NCBI GenBank assembly: GCA_028023455.1
Contig: JAQFVV010000005.1
Span: 8,122,001-8,186,000 of the forward strand
DNA length: 64,000 nucleotides
Source of the DNA: Epiperipatus broadwayi
Taxonomy: Eukaryota > Animalia > Onychophora
Direction of reading: 5' to 3'
The notes beneath the pieces were generated by a model, which was given only the letters and a program-made list of their open reading frames with translations, was not told where the DNA came from and searched no databases. Both the position numbers and the translations under genes were made by a program. This document shows, piece after piece, positions 42,430-55,658 of this stretch. Position 1 is the first letter of the stretch. Each line of letters starts with the position of its first letter.

Positions 42430-45193
42430 TGTACCAGTCAAAACAGTCTAACAAGAGTCAAATCCTAAGCAAAAGTACCTCAAATCCGATCATGCTCGAG
42501 ATACACAGGTCTGGAGCAATCTTGAATTCTAACCTATTTGCCTATTCTTTGAGTCTCTGACCCAACGAATAACAATCCTGATGATACAGCACAATTATTT
42601 TATTTCCGGCCCAGCAGCAAAGCAGTAGAGCATAAGATCAGACTGATGATGATGATCGAGATAAGAGTAGCCCAGGAATTACATTTATTATAGTTATGTA
42701 ACTATTATCTAAAGAAATAGTTCTAAATATTAACTAGAAAATAATAATTCAAAACAAACCAGGATTTACATGAAATATATATATTTAATAAAATATTGTG
42801 AAAACACATATATATATATTACAAAAGGTTTCACGCTTGGAATGATATTGTCTATTTACAAAACTTGGGATTTGTTTTTATAAAATCCCCTTTACCTTAA
42901 TTATTTAACGAATATAATTTTATGGAGCGTATTATAACTTGTGCGGAGTTAATATGCCAATTTAATAACATTGTACTAACTGAACGTTGTGGATCCCTAA
43001 AATAAATATAAAAGATTGTGACAGGTTTAGTAGTAAATGATTTGATAAACAGGCAGAAATATACAATTTTAATTATTTATCTATCTTATGAAAACCATTA
43101 TATGTACTTTTATTAGCATTGTTTGGAAAAGAAGTCTTTGGAAAATATACACAAGAAACAAATAATGTGCTACATTTACGAGAATATGTGATACAATCAT
43201 TAATAAAAAATTGATTTACATCTATGGGAATCGATAAACATTTTTAAAGAAAGCAGTTTTAAAATCAACATACTGACTAATTAGCATGTTGGCACATTTC
43301 ATGAATGAGTCATTATTTCCAACACCTAACGAAAGGTCAAACAGACAAATCCATTAACTAAAACAATAATAATGCCAACATGTCATAAGAGAAATACGGA
43401 TCTTATGGTACTTTGAATTCTTGAGGATGAATGAAGGTTGATATGTCTGCCATTTTGATGGCGCGGTATCGAATAGAGAGGTTTGGTTTGAAGGCCCAGA
43501 GCCAGCTGTATGGAACGTCTGCAGCACAATCAAAACCCTATAAACCTCACGTTCCACAGGGAGTAGGGTGTACCCTGATTACGAACGATTTTGAGAACTA
43601 GTAGGTGGGGAGATTCGGATTTCCGAAGTCCCCAATGACAAAGCAATAAAGAAAATATGTGGAAGTACCATAAGAGAAAAGAAAGGTCAGCCAGTAGTGT
43701 TATACCTGTATGATAAACTTAATATATTATATTCGAAAGCCTATAAATGGTTTGACTCCTGTGCAATGATATATTTAAATAAAGAATCATTCAGAAAATT
43801 ATACTAGAAAATAACTCTTTAACTAAGACATTAAACTAACAAAATTTTATATTTAATTTCGATTCCCATATATGCATTAATTGATAGAATTAGCCCTCCT
43901 GGCAAAGCAAGAAGGACTGGATTAATTATATTAAGGTTCACGATCTTTTAAAATAAAAATTTAAAGACAAATTCAAATAATAAAGTGGAATATGCATCCA
44001 CAATAACATATTTTAAAAAAAAAAAACGTGAATAAAAGATTTAAATATAAAATCAACCTAGCGAGCGATTTCAATTTTAAATAAACAAAACTTTATTGAT
44101 AGATTTTAAATGAAGCCCCCTCTTCATTCCAAATTAAACAATTATCCCCCCCCTTTCAAACTCATGAGTTTGGGTGTTATTTGCATATTAAAGAAAATAA
44201 ATTATATATATACATCAAACCAAATAAATTAAATATTTAATAGAGCCGCACAAAGCTATATAACATAAATAAGCGTGAAAGGGCATAGTTAGAATTACTA
44301 CACACAGAGAGAGAGAATTTAAGAGAATAATTAATAGAAACTTATAAATGAATATGTGAATTAAAATACAAAGGTTGAACTACATATTACAAAAGGATTT
44401 ACTTATTAAGGCAGCTCTACATTAAGTGAAGTTACCTAAGAATAGCAGCATAGTGACAGGTAGTCAGGTTAGCAATTATACGGTCATCTTGTATGGCCAG
44501 TCGGATGGATGGAACTTGATGACATCAAGTGACTAAGTTGAATGACCAACTCAAAGTAACTAAACTAAACTAAAACTGACATATTTTGTTCTATGGGCCC
44601 ATTTTATACACCCCTTAATCCCTCCAAGAATGCAATCTCAGTTGTCCACAGCTATCTCTGTAATCTCTTGATTAAATAAAAAAAACATTTAATTAGTAAA
44701 ACATTTTTAAAACAGATAAGGCTCGAAATACCTTTTGATATATTTTTAAAGATTTGAAAATAACTAACAAAATAATTGCTTATGATTTTAATTAAGATTT
44801 ATAATTTTAATTAATGAAAACAGTCTGAATCTAGATAAAGATTATTTCAGTATTTCGAGCCTTCCCCATTTTTCTTTGTTATTACATTCCAATGCCTTAA
44901 TTAAATACACATATATAAAAAGATATTTACAATTATATAAGGAAATGTTTAATTTTCAGCAATAAATATTAATAAAATTATTGCTTTGTTCATATATATA
45001 TATATGCATCACGCAAACTACTGTTTCACTTTACTAAATATAATTAATTTTACTAATTTCTCTAATCATTATGCATACAGTGTATGAGTGAATGGCATAT
45101 ATTTACAGCAAGGTCTGAATTGCAGGCACTGCAGGAGGTTAGTATAGATGGTAAAGCATGAAGCTCGATGAAGATTAGACATTGACTGCTTCA
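42430..45193 (-). repeat. 3' LTR (2764 bp)
   Basis: Collinear with 48286-51230 at roughly 90% by eye; TATAAAA on the minus strand at 44602-44608. Confidence 0.9.
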
Positions 45194-45204
45194 CTCTTCC
45201 CCAC
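45194..45204 (-). promoter_or_regulatory. Polypurine tract
   Basis: GTGGGGAAGAG on the minus strand directly abutting the TG of the 3' LTR. Confidence 0.65.
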
Positions 45205-45597
45205 TTAAAGTGATCATAAAAAAAATCAATAAAAAAAAATTACCTTAGTTAGAGTCTACTATAATTTTGGTGAGAAAAGCAACTTTAATAAATGAGCATA
45301 AAAACTGCTCCTTATTGAAAAAAAAAACTGCATTATTTGAATTGAGTTTCTAGTATGGTAAAGAAAAAAATCTTTCATTCATTTTTTTATTATTTTTATA
45401 GCAATTTATTATTATTTTTTTCATTAACTGAAATATTTGGTGTAGGGATTCAAAATGTGAGAATGTCCATTTGCATTTTCTGTTGTCTTTGACATTGTTT
45501 ATCTGTAGCTGCTTAGGGATTCATAATATGAGCATGTCCATTTTGCATTTTCCATTGTCTTCGACTTTGTTTATCCATGTCTGCTGTTTCCTTTTTT

Positions 45598-47233
45598 TTA
45601 ATAATATTTTCCTGGATCTGGAGGTATATAAGGCTCAAAACAATGTTCCCCTGGGTTAGAGATACATCTTTCCAGGCCTCTTACTAAAATATCAAAAAGT
45701 ATTACAATATTGTGCTTTGGTATTATATTATCATATTGTTCTCTATTAAACATATTTTGCATTAAAAGAATTTCTCCAACTTTCTCTGACATACTGGTAT
45801 CCATTATAAAGTATTTACTTTGGGAGTTGAGAAGTTTTTCTCCATCTTTTATGAAAATATTTTTCTTTAAATGTGTCCATGCTCTCAAACAGATTTTATC
45901 TTCTCTGTCTAATGAGTTCAGCTTCTTGTCAATCTTGTTCTGATCATATGTCATAAATAAATGATTCTGGGATTTATTAAAATGGGGAGTATTGGCCACA
46001 CCTAAAGATCTGTCTGCTTTCTTCATTTTCATATCAGGAGGTCATTCAGCATCATTTCTAAACTTTAACTTTGATGTGTTCATCAACCCCTCATTATCAC
46101 TTTTCCACAGAAAATCTTTATAGTTATTATGAATATGTAACTCAGAGTTATCAATTATGATTTCAGAAGATTCATCTAAAACAGTATGTATTGATCTATC
46201 GATCCCATTTTTCATGATCGATACAGTCACTCCATTAGAGGGTGATAAACTGATATCATCACATTGATATGGGCTGGCTTGCAGTAGATTTGAAACCACA
46301 ATTTCCTCTACTTTCTTCATCCATAGCTAAATCTGCTAGAGTAAAACTTTGACTGTGAGTAACTCCTGTCAAATTAGAAGCTAATTTTTTACCTTTTTGT
46401 TGAATAGAGTTGACATTTGTCTTCATCAACAGAATCTCATGAGGTTCCAACCTTATTTTAGTTGGTTGAGGTTCTGTGTCCTCTGCTCCACTGTCTTTTA
46501 AAAGTGCTTCCATGAAAATTTATTTTATCTTTAGTTTCAGCATCAATATCCTTTAACCCGAAGGTAGAACCATCTTCAAATCTTTCCAGTTCTCTTGTTT
46601 GGTTCATCAGATTCTCTACTTGTTTAGCCTCCTGCTTCTTTGCAGTGTCTTCAATTTCATTCACAACTTTCATGTCTTCTATTACTGTGTTTTCTGAAAT
46701 TGTTTCTGCATAGACTATCTTGTCTTTGGTTAGATCAATAGTCTCTCTTTGTTTGGGAACAGGTACATCTTTGAAACCCTCAGCTGGAATGTCCAAAGTA
46801 GTACCAATCTTATCAATATTTGATTTTATTCCAGTTAATTGGCACTCTATAGTCATACTCATATCATTTGGAGAATTTGGAATAATGACCATATTCTTGA
46901 TCTCTGACTTTGCTTCCATTGATTTACATTCAACATCTAAAGCCACATTATTAGCACCACAGTTCATTGTCTCTGGGGTCACATCTATCATCTTTCTTTC
47001 TCCTCAACAGCTGTGGCAGTATTACTGTTGTCTGTTTTGCTTTCACTTGATTTTACATGACCAACAAGGCAGGTCCCTTCAAAATGTAGTTCCTGTCTAA
47101 CTTCTTTCACCAACCTCATGAATTCCTTCTCTTGCTCTTCAATTTTTTTCCATCATTTTTCAGACTCTTTCCTCATGTCCTGAAGCATACTATAGATCAT
47201 GGCTATGAGCTTCTGTTCTTCCTCTGGTGTCAT
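45598..47233 (-). pseudogene. Frameshifted orphan ORF (~545 codons): coiled-coil N-terminus, acidic middle, C-terminal FEPYIPPDPG
   Basis: ATG at 47233 (MTPEEEQKLIAMIYSMLQDMRKE) links by frameshifts to ORFs 46458-46991, 46259-46513 and 46042-46320; the last is in frame with 45598-46032 across one TGA. Confidence 0.7.
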
Positions 47234-48285
47234 TGCTCTTATGTTTTATTCACAATTCACTTTTTTTCTTCTTTTGAAAGTTAGTCAATTTTAAACATAT
47301 CTGTGAAATATATTTCAATATTTTGATTTAAATTTTTCTTATTTTATGCAGGATATACACCTCTCTCCCTCCTCTCTTCAACTGTCTCCATTCTGCTATT
47401 TTTTGTTGCTGCTGACTACTGCTTATAACAGGGGAAAAATATTTGATCATAACGTGTAGGTGTATGATCTATTGGAATTCAACTGCCTTGCTGCTTGACT
47501 TTTGGTTGTTTTTCTGCACCTATAATAGACTCTTACAAAAAAAAAGATTAGTTATTTGTTTCTACAATATATATGTTTGCTCATGACTATTTATACATGG
47601 AAAAACAGTGAGACAAAAATATAACTCTCAACCCCTAACATTCTGGTTTGAACTCATTTTGATATCTTATTTTTTTATATCACCTGTTGGCACATTTATA
47701 TAAAGGCGCCAGCCAACAGTATATATAAAAAAATCCAAACACTTACATCTGGGCTAATCAACTAGTAAATATAAATAAGTATTTGTTGCACATTATTAAC
47801 TCTATTACATATATAATGTACAAAAAATAAATTAACAATGACATATACCTTGTTATAATTTCAAGGTTTCTAACTTATGGCTGAAGTACATCGGTTTTAT
47901 TTATAAAACATTTTCATTTATATAACATAAGAAACACATTTTATATGGTTATAAAACTAGATACAGAAAAAAATCACCAATAGTTGTAATGCATGGGTAT
48001 CAAAATTCTTTTCATTTTAAAAACAAGATTTTTATATTTGTAGCTATAAATATGGAAAAACAATATTTTTCTATAATTGCATAACCAGATACAAAAAAAA
48101 ATTACATTTATGGTTGCAACGCATGAACATTTGTTTTAATACAAAATTTTCACATTTTATATATATCAATTCAGAAAACAAACTTGAGAAGAAACAAATA
48201 TACATATATATCATCAATGATTTCTTCAGATGTGGAATTATTAACGAAGCCCCATGATTGGGCATACAAGCCTGGGGAAAAAATA

Positions 48286-51230
48286 TGTACCAGTCAAAAC
48301 AGTGCTCACTTAACAAGATTCAAATCCTAAGCAAAAGTACCTCGAATCCGATCATGCTCGAGATACACAGGTCTGGAGCAATCTTGAATTCTAACCTATT
48401 TGCCTATTCTTCGAGTCTCTGACCCAATGAACAACAATCCTGATGATACAGCACAATTATTTTATTTCTGGCCCAGAAGCAAAGCAGTAGAGCATAAGAT
48501 CAGACTGATGATGATGATCGAGATAAGAGTAGCCCAGGAATTACATTTATTAAAGTTATGTTGCTAAGTTATTAGCTAAAGAAAATAGTTCTAAATACTA
48601 ATTAGAAAATAATAATTCAAAACAAACCAGGATTTACATGAAATATATATTTAATAAAATATTGTGAAAATACATATATATATTACAAAAGGTTTCATGC
48701 TTGGAATGATATTGTCTATTTACAAAACTTGGAATTTGTTTTCATAAAATCCCCTTTACATTAATTATTTAACGAATATAATTTTATGGAGTGTATTATA
48801 ACTTGTGTGGAGTTAATATGCCAATTTAATAACATTTTACTAACAGAACATTGTGGATGCCTAAAATAAATATAAAAGATCGTGACAGGTTTAGTAGTAA
48901 ATGATTTGATAAACAGGCAAAAATATACAATTTTAATCATTTATCTACCTTATGAAAATCATTATATATACTTTTATTGGCATTGTTTGGAAAAGACGTC
49001 TTTGGAACTTATAAATAAGAAACAAACAATGCGCTACATTTATGAGAATACGTGATACAATCATTAATATAAATTGATTTATATCTATGGGAATCGATAA
49101 ACATTTTTAAAGAAAGTAGTTTTAAAATCTACATACTGATTAATTAGCATGTTGGCACATTTCATGAATGAGTCATTATTTCCAACACCTAACGAAAGGT
49201 CAAACAGACATAAATCCATTTACTAAAACAATAATGATGCTAGCATGTCATAAGAGAAATAAGGATCTTATGGTACTTTGAGTTCTTGAGGATGAATGAA
49301 GGTTGATATGTCCACCATTTTGACGGCACGGTATCGAATGGAGAGGTTTCGTTTGAAGGCCCAGAGCCAGCTGTATGGAACTTCTGCAGCACAATCAAAA
49401 CCCTATAAACCTCGCGTTCCACAGGGAGTAGGGTGTACCCTGATTACGAATGATTTTGAGAACTAGTAGGTGGGGAGATTCAGATTTCCAAAATCCCCAA
49501 TGACAAAGCAATAAAGAAAATATGTGGAAGTACCATAAGAGAAAGGAAAGGTCGGCCAGCAGCATTATATCTGTGCGATAAACTTAATATATTATATTTG
49601 AAAGCCTGTAAATGGTTTGACTCCTGTGCAATGATATATTTAAATAAAGAATCATTCAGAAAATTATAATAGAGAATAACTCTTTAACTATGACATTAAA
49701 CTAACAAAATTTTTTAATTTCGATTCCCATATATGCATTAACTGATAGAATTAGCCCTCCAGGCAACAGCAAGAAGGAAGTGGAATAATTATATTAAGGT
49801 TCACGATCTTTTAAAATGAAAATTTAAAGACAAATTCAAATAATAAAGTAAAATATGCATCCACAATAAAATATTATAAAAAAATGTGAATAACAGATTT
49901 AAATATAAAATCAACCTAGTGAGCAATTTCTGTTTCAAATGAATAAAACTTTATTAATAAATTTAACTGAAGCCCCTGCTTCTTTCCCAATTAAACAAAG
50001 ATAATACCCCCTTTTTAGACTCGCGAGGTTGAATGATATTGGCATATTAAAGAAAATAAATTATATATATACATTAAACCAAATAAGTTAAATATTTAAT
50101 AGAGCTGCACAAAGCTATATAACATAAATAAGCGTGAAAGGGTATAGTTAGAATTATTACAGAGAGAGAGAGAGAATTTAAGAGAATAATTAATAGAAAC
50201 TTATAAATGAATTTATGAATTAAAATACAAAGGTTGAACTACATATTACAAAAGAAGTTACTTATTAAGGCAGCCCTACATTAAGTGAAGTTACCTAAGG
50301 ATAGCCGCAGATAGTCAGGTTAGCAATTATATGGTCATCTTGTACGGCCGGTCGGATGGAACTTGACTGCATCAGGTAAACAGTCTTCCAAGAGAAGAAG
50401 AGAAAGATTCCTCTACTCATGCTTCATCACACTGAACTTATGTTGACTGCTTAAAATTTGAAGGTCTGGAAGCACTTCTGAAAATTTGTTTTACTTTAAG
50501 ACATTCTCAAAGAATTTTGTAACTCAAAGTAACTAAGTTTAATTACTACCTTTAAGTTAACTGAAAAGTGACTAAGTTGAATGACCAACTCAAAGTAACT
50601 AAACTAAACTAAAAATGACTTCTTTTGTTCTATGGGCCCTTTTTATACACCCCTTAATCCTGCCAAGAATGCAATCTCAGTTGCCCACAGCTATCTCTGT
50701 AATCTCTTGATTAAATAAAAAAAAAAACATTTAATTAGTAAAACATTTTTAAAACAAATAAGGCTTGAAATACCATTTGATATATTTTTAAAGATTTGAA
50801 AACAACTAACAAAATAATTGCTTATGATTTTAATTAAGATTTATAACCTTAATTAATGAAAACAGTCTGAATCTAGATAAAAATTATTTCAGTATTTTGA
50901 GCCTTCCCCATTTTTCTTTGTTGTTACATTCCAATACCTTAATTAAATACACACATATAAAAAGATATTTACAATTATATAAGGAAACGTTTAATTTTCA
51001 GCAATAAATATTAATAAAATTATTGCTTCATTCATAATATATGCATCACGCAAACTACTGTTTCACTTTACTAAATATAATTAATTTTACTAATTTCTCT
51101 AATCATTATGCATATAGTGTGTGGGTGAATGGCATATATTTATGGCAAGGTCTGAATTGTGGGCCCCACAGGAGGTTAGTGTAGATGGTAAAGCAAGAAG
51201 CTCAATGATGATTAGACATTGACTGCTTCA
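48286..51230 (-). repeat. 5' LTR (2945 bp)
   Basis: Partner of 42430-45193; extra ~200 bp at ~50370-50565; TATAAAA on the minus strand at 50641-50647. Confidence 0.9.
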
Positions 51231-51829
51231 ATATATATATATATACTGTCCATGCATGAAACTTATTTTACATTTTGTATGAAGCACAGTTGAAAAAATT
51301 GTTAAGTAAAATATATATTAATATTGACATATTATTTCAAACATTTTTATTGTTATCAAAATTTTCTATTTAGTGTCCAAAAGAAATAATATTTAATCTC
51401 AAACTATACTAATTTATTTTGTAAACTTTTGAATGAATTAGACTGCTAATAAAAAAAGTGTGACTGATGACTATCAGTCAAGTTTAATAACTTTTAAGAG
51501 ATTTAAACTCTAGATATTTTTTTTAAAAAATTTGTTATGCCACACTTAGATGACTGTTTTAAAATTAAGAAAGTATAATGAAATTGTCAATATATTTTTT
51601 CACTTCTATGACAGATGAAATTCCAGATTTTGAGTTAATATAAAATATTGATTTTAGTTTTGTATTGGAATATTCTTGTATGTGTGCTCATATTATATAT
51701 ACATTTAATATTTAATTATTTATATAGTGTTCAAACAGAATAATATTGGTCTATTGATTTAATGAATTTATTAATAAATGAAACATGCTTTTTATGTTAT
51801 AACATGCACAATGTAATATAATTTTCTTC

Positions 51830-52740
51830 TTCTTCCTTTTCTTATATATTGTTTTCTACTTTTATATATCATACCATTTACAACTTTTTTAAACACTTTA
51901 ACAATACTATTTTTGTTGATGATTACTTATTGATTTTTAATCAGAGTCAAAGACAAATAGATATGTACCTTGAAGAGATTAATAAGTTAGATAAAAATTT
52001 ACAATTAAAAAAGAAAATGATAATGTTATCATATTTAGATATTTTGTTAAAGAAATCATATAAAAATGGTGAATGCAGTATAGACATCTGTACATAAAAA
52101 AAATTAATATAGATAGTAATATAAGTAATTGGAATTCAAATATAGATTTAAATATAAAATAAGTAGCATAAATTCAAGAATGTATAGAGCTTAGAATTAT
52201 TGCTCAAATGAAGAAGATTATAGTAAACAGGTAGAATTTATAATAAAAAAATTTAGAGCTAATGAATATCCAGAAAAAGTTATAGAAGTATAAGAAAATC
52301 AGAGGAAAAATTTAACAGACATAATGGGATATTATGGAAAGAGAATAAAATATATAAGAATAAATATATAGGTATTAAAATTTATAATAATATTATTATA
52401 AAAAGTCAGAATAAAATAATTATTAGAATTAACAAAAAGTTTAATAATATAATAAAATTTAAGACAGTAAATAAAAGGAGGAAGAATATACTTAATATGT
52501 TAGATAATAAATATGTGAGAAAAGTAGAAAAATGTATAAATGGTGTATATAAAATTGAATTCAAGTCATGTAAAAGTAAAAATATAAAAACCAATTATGT
52601 AGGAGAAACAAAGAATTCAATTTATACAAGATTAATTCAACATAAATATGATATGAGATCACCTATTTATTTGTATTCATTAGAAACAGGTCATATAAAA
52701 TCAAATCTTAATAGGGATTTTGGGGTAGGACAATAATTTT
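51830..52740 (+). mobile_element. Penelope-like element relic (RT C-terminus plus GIY-YIG endonuclease)
   Basis: FVDDYLLIF..LSYLDILL (RT), NEYPEKV, VYKIEFKSCK..NYVGETKNSIYTRLIQHK..LNRDFG (GIY-YIG). Confidence 0.78.
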
Positions 52741-53984
52741 ATAAATAATTATTATTAATAATAGTTTGAATATGGAAAAGATTAAAAGAATAAAGTTGAA
52801 AAAAATGCCGATAGAGGAAGGTGTTAAACACGTATAAAAATTTTGAAAATTTTATCAGTTGGATTTTGGAAATAGGATTGTAAAGAAGTGAGTAATTTTT
52901 GTAATGTAAAAAAAGTAATTTGTAATGTGGAAAAAATTAATAGTTAGTTATATAATATTTAATAAGAATAAGAAAAGGTTAAAAGTGGATTAAAAATATG
53001 AGTAAAAAGACAATAAAATGTATTAAATAGTAGAATAAAAAGTTAAAGTTTTTTAAATTATAATAAATAATTTTTAAAAATAAAATGAAGTAATATAAAA
53101 TAAATGTGGATAAAATTAATTAAGAGTAAAGTAATAACAAAGGGAAATGATTATTTATAATGGTCAGTTTAAAATGTACATTTTATTTGTGTATTTAATT
53201 ATGTATATGAATATATGTATAAAATATATTGTATAATTAAATATTTGGATATTGTAGCTCTAATGATGACTGCAGGACAATTGAAACTATTAGAATAAAG
53301 GTTTAATACAAAAAATAGTATTATTAAAGTGTTTAAGAAAGTTGTAAATGGTATGATATAATAACATGCACAATGCAGATATGTATAAATATTCAATTTT
53401 GAAACATAGGTGGCACTTAAATAACTGACCTATTATACATTCAATTATGCAAATCAACTAAAACCCTCTAGTTCAACCTTTATAATTGGAAATACTGTCA
53501 CTATTATCTCTGTTACATTTTGATACAGACATGCAGTGTCAAAAGTTAACTTAGATTATTAAATATATTATTTCAGCCATATTTATTATTATTATTCATC
53601 TTTTACATATTTCCTATGACTTCAAGCTTTGTTTTACATACTTGGACATGTATCTAAAATCATTCATTGTTTATATATAAACATAGAATATTTGTTTTAT
53701 TTAATTATTGGAATATTTTGTATCATTAAAATGTATGGGTATGTGTGTATATATATATATATGTTTATTTAATAGCCATTATAATTTATAGTAAAATGGT
53801 AATATCTACTATATTTTATTTATACCCTCCTATGTACATTGTGTATAATAGCTCACATTTTATTGATAAACTTTAATTATAATAGAATACATATTGTTTA
53901 TTGAGTGATAAATATATATTACTTTTCAAAAATTATTATCACTTTTTTATATAATTGTAATGTTAAATATATATAAATGTTCAA

Positions 53985-54045
53985 ACATTTAACACAGAAA
54001 AGGTAAACATATATTTATAAATTTTAGCTTTTCTGTGTTAAATGT
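53985..54045. repeat. Perfect 18-bp inverted repeat with 25-nt loop
   Basis: ACATTTAACACAGAAAAG (53985-54002) and CTTTTCTGTGTTAAATGT (54028-54045). Confidence 0.85.
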
Positions 54046-55658
54046 CTCATTTATATATTTAGATTACTTTTCAAAAAGTATATATATTTATATAACAAAG
54101 ACACATATATAACTTAAGAAACAAAAATTAAAAAAAATAATAATGTAATTATTAATAATAAATTGAGAGGCACATTTTAATATTTATTACTCAGTGTTTT
54201 CACTTATTCACTTTCATTCAAAAAAAATCTCTAAGACCATATCTTTATTTTTTAAATAAATGGAGAAATGTCAAACTTTCATTGCAATAACTTTTTTTAT
54301 TTATCAAAATGTAGTAACAGTCTCACTTTCAGTTAACTATGGCCTCTCTAATTGTTTCGATGTCTTTAAATTCATATTGATTTTATGAATGTTCTTAAAT
54401 TTGATAAAACTTTCATCACTATGCAAAATACTGTACATCAAATTTAGAAAAGATAATAAAGGAGGAATAGAATGTATGTGCCCTCAATATAAATCAAAGA
54501 AATTTCATTAATAAACATGATTGCAAATGGCACTCACACATGGAAAAAAGGTTGCTGCCATATTATAAAATTTATTGAAATTATAAATTTGTGTATGGTA
54601 TTTCAAGATGGAAAATGACTAGTGGCATATTGTAAAATGTATTAAATTTACTAATTTAAATGTTTTTTTTGTTTGTTTATTTATTTTTTTGTTTATTTAC
54701 ATTTTGTTTGGCTAGTGTGTTATTGGAGTTTTTATTAATACAGCATAATTTATAGCTTCACTTTATATATTTGTAAACTACATATTACATTATGTATGGG
54801 ATTAATATCTGATATTTGTAATTGAAAATCAGAATGATTAAATATTTGTTGTATGGAGTATTTGTTAGACCTTTTTTTGTTATTATCAATTGACCATTAA
54901 ATTTATTACATTATTTTAGTTATTCCAGTGAAGTAATTTAGTACTAGTTTAATTTAAGAATTGTGTATTTTCTCATTTCCAATCACCTGAGTATTTAACT
55001 CTGGATTAATGGCATGTCTTTAAAACTAGTTATATGATGCTAAATTAATGAAGATCCTTTTTAAAGTTCAGTCATTTTGTTTATACAATGTATGATGACA
55101 ATGACTAGTTTATTGATAACCAGTACATTCTTGATACTTATTGATGATCAGCATTAATATAATCCAGATTTTTTAAAATATATATTTAATTCCATAGTTA
55201 TTTTAGGACTTATGTTCATGCATGCATCAAGAAATATTGATAATTGTTTATAATATCATGTGCCAATTTGGCATTAGCTTGATGATGGATGAGCCTAAGA
55301 TTTTACATTATTTCTTTTGGAACCAGTTCAAGAATGACTGATGATTATTTTCTGATGATGATATCTTTATTACATAAATTTATTGGTGATTTTATTCTTT
55401 GCTCCTTTTCAGTTAAAAAAAATCATTACTCTTACTCTAATACCCCTATATATGTGCATATAATTTTTATTTTTTGAGATGAATAAATGTACAAAGAAAT
55501 TTATATAGAATAATAAATATGTAAATTGTGTTTTGTATTTATGATTTATTATATACATAATTATATATATATGTAAATATAATTTCTTTATGCCAGTATA
55601 AAATATATTGTTTTTTGTTTTAAAATTTATTATTATTTTTAACTTTATAATAATATAT

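Larger units (their letters stand above)
42430..51230 (-). mobile_element. Non-autonomous LTR retroelement, 8.8 kb, with very long LTRs and one orphan ORF
   Basis: Direct repeats 42430-45193 and 48286-51230 both run TGTACCAGTC..GACTGCTTCA (TG..CA). ATAT on both sides within a (TA)n tract; minus-strand PPT next to the left LTR; no RT or integrase in the 3.1-kb interior. Confidence 0.88.

Noticed and set aside
42578-42670. CTGATGA motifs in the LTR (42578, 42643) as hammerheads
   Set aside because: No stem II followed by GAAA and no stem I or III pairing could be built.
43354-43557. Small ORF repeated at 49240-49422
   Set aside because: Present twice only because it lies in the LTR; GTG start, different stop positions, no motif.
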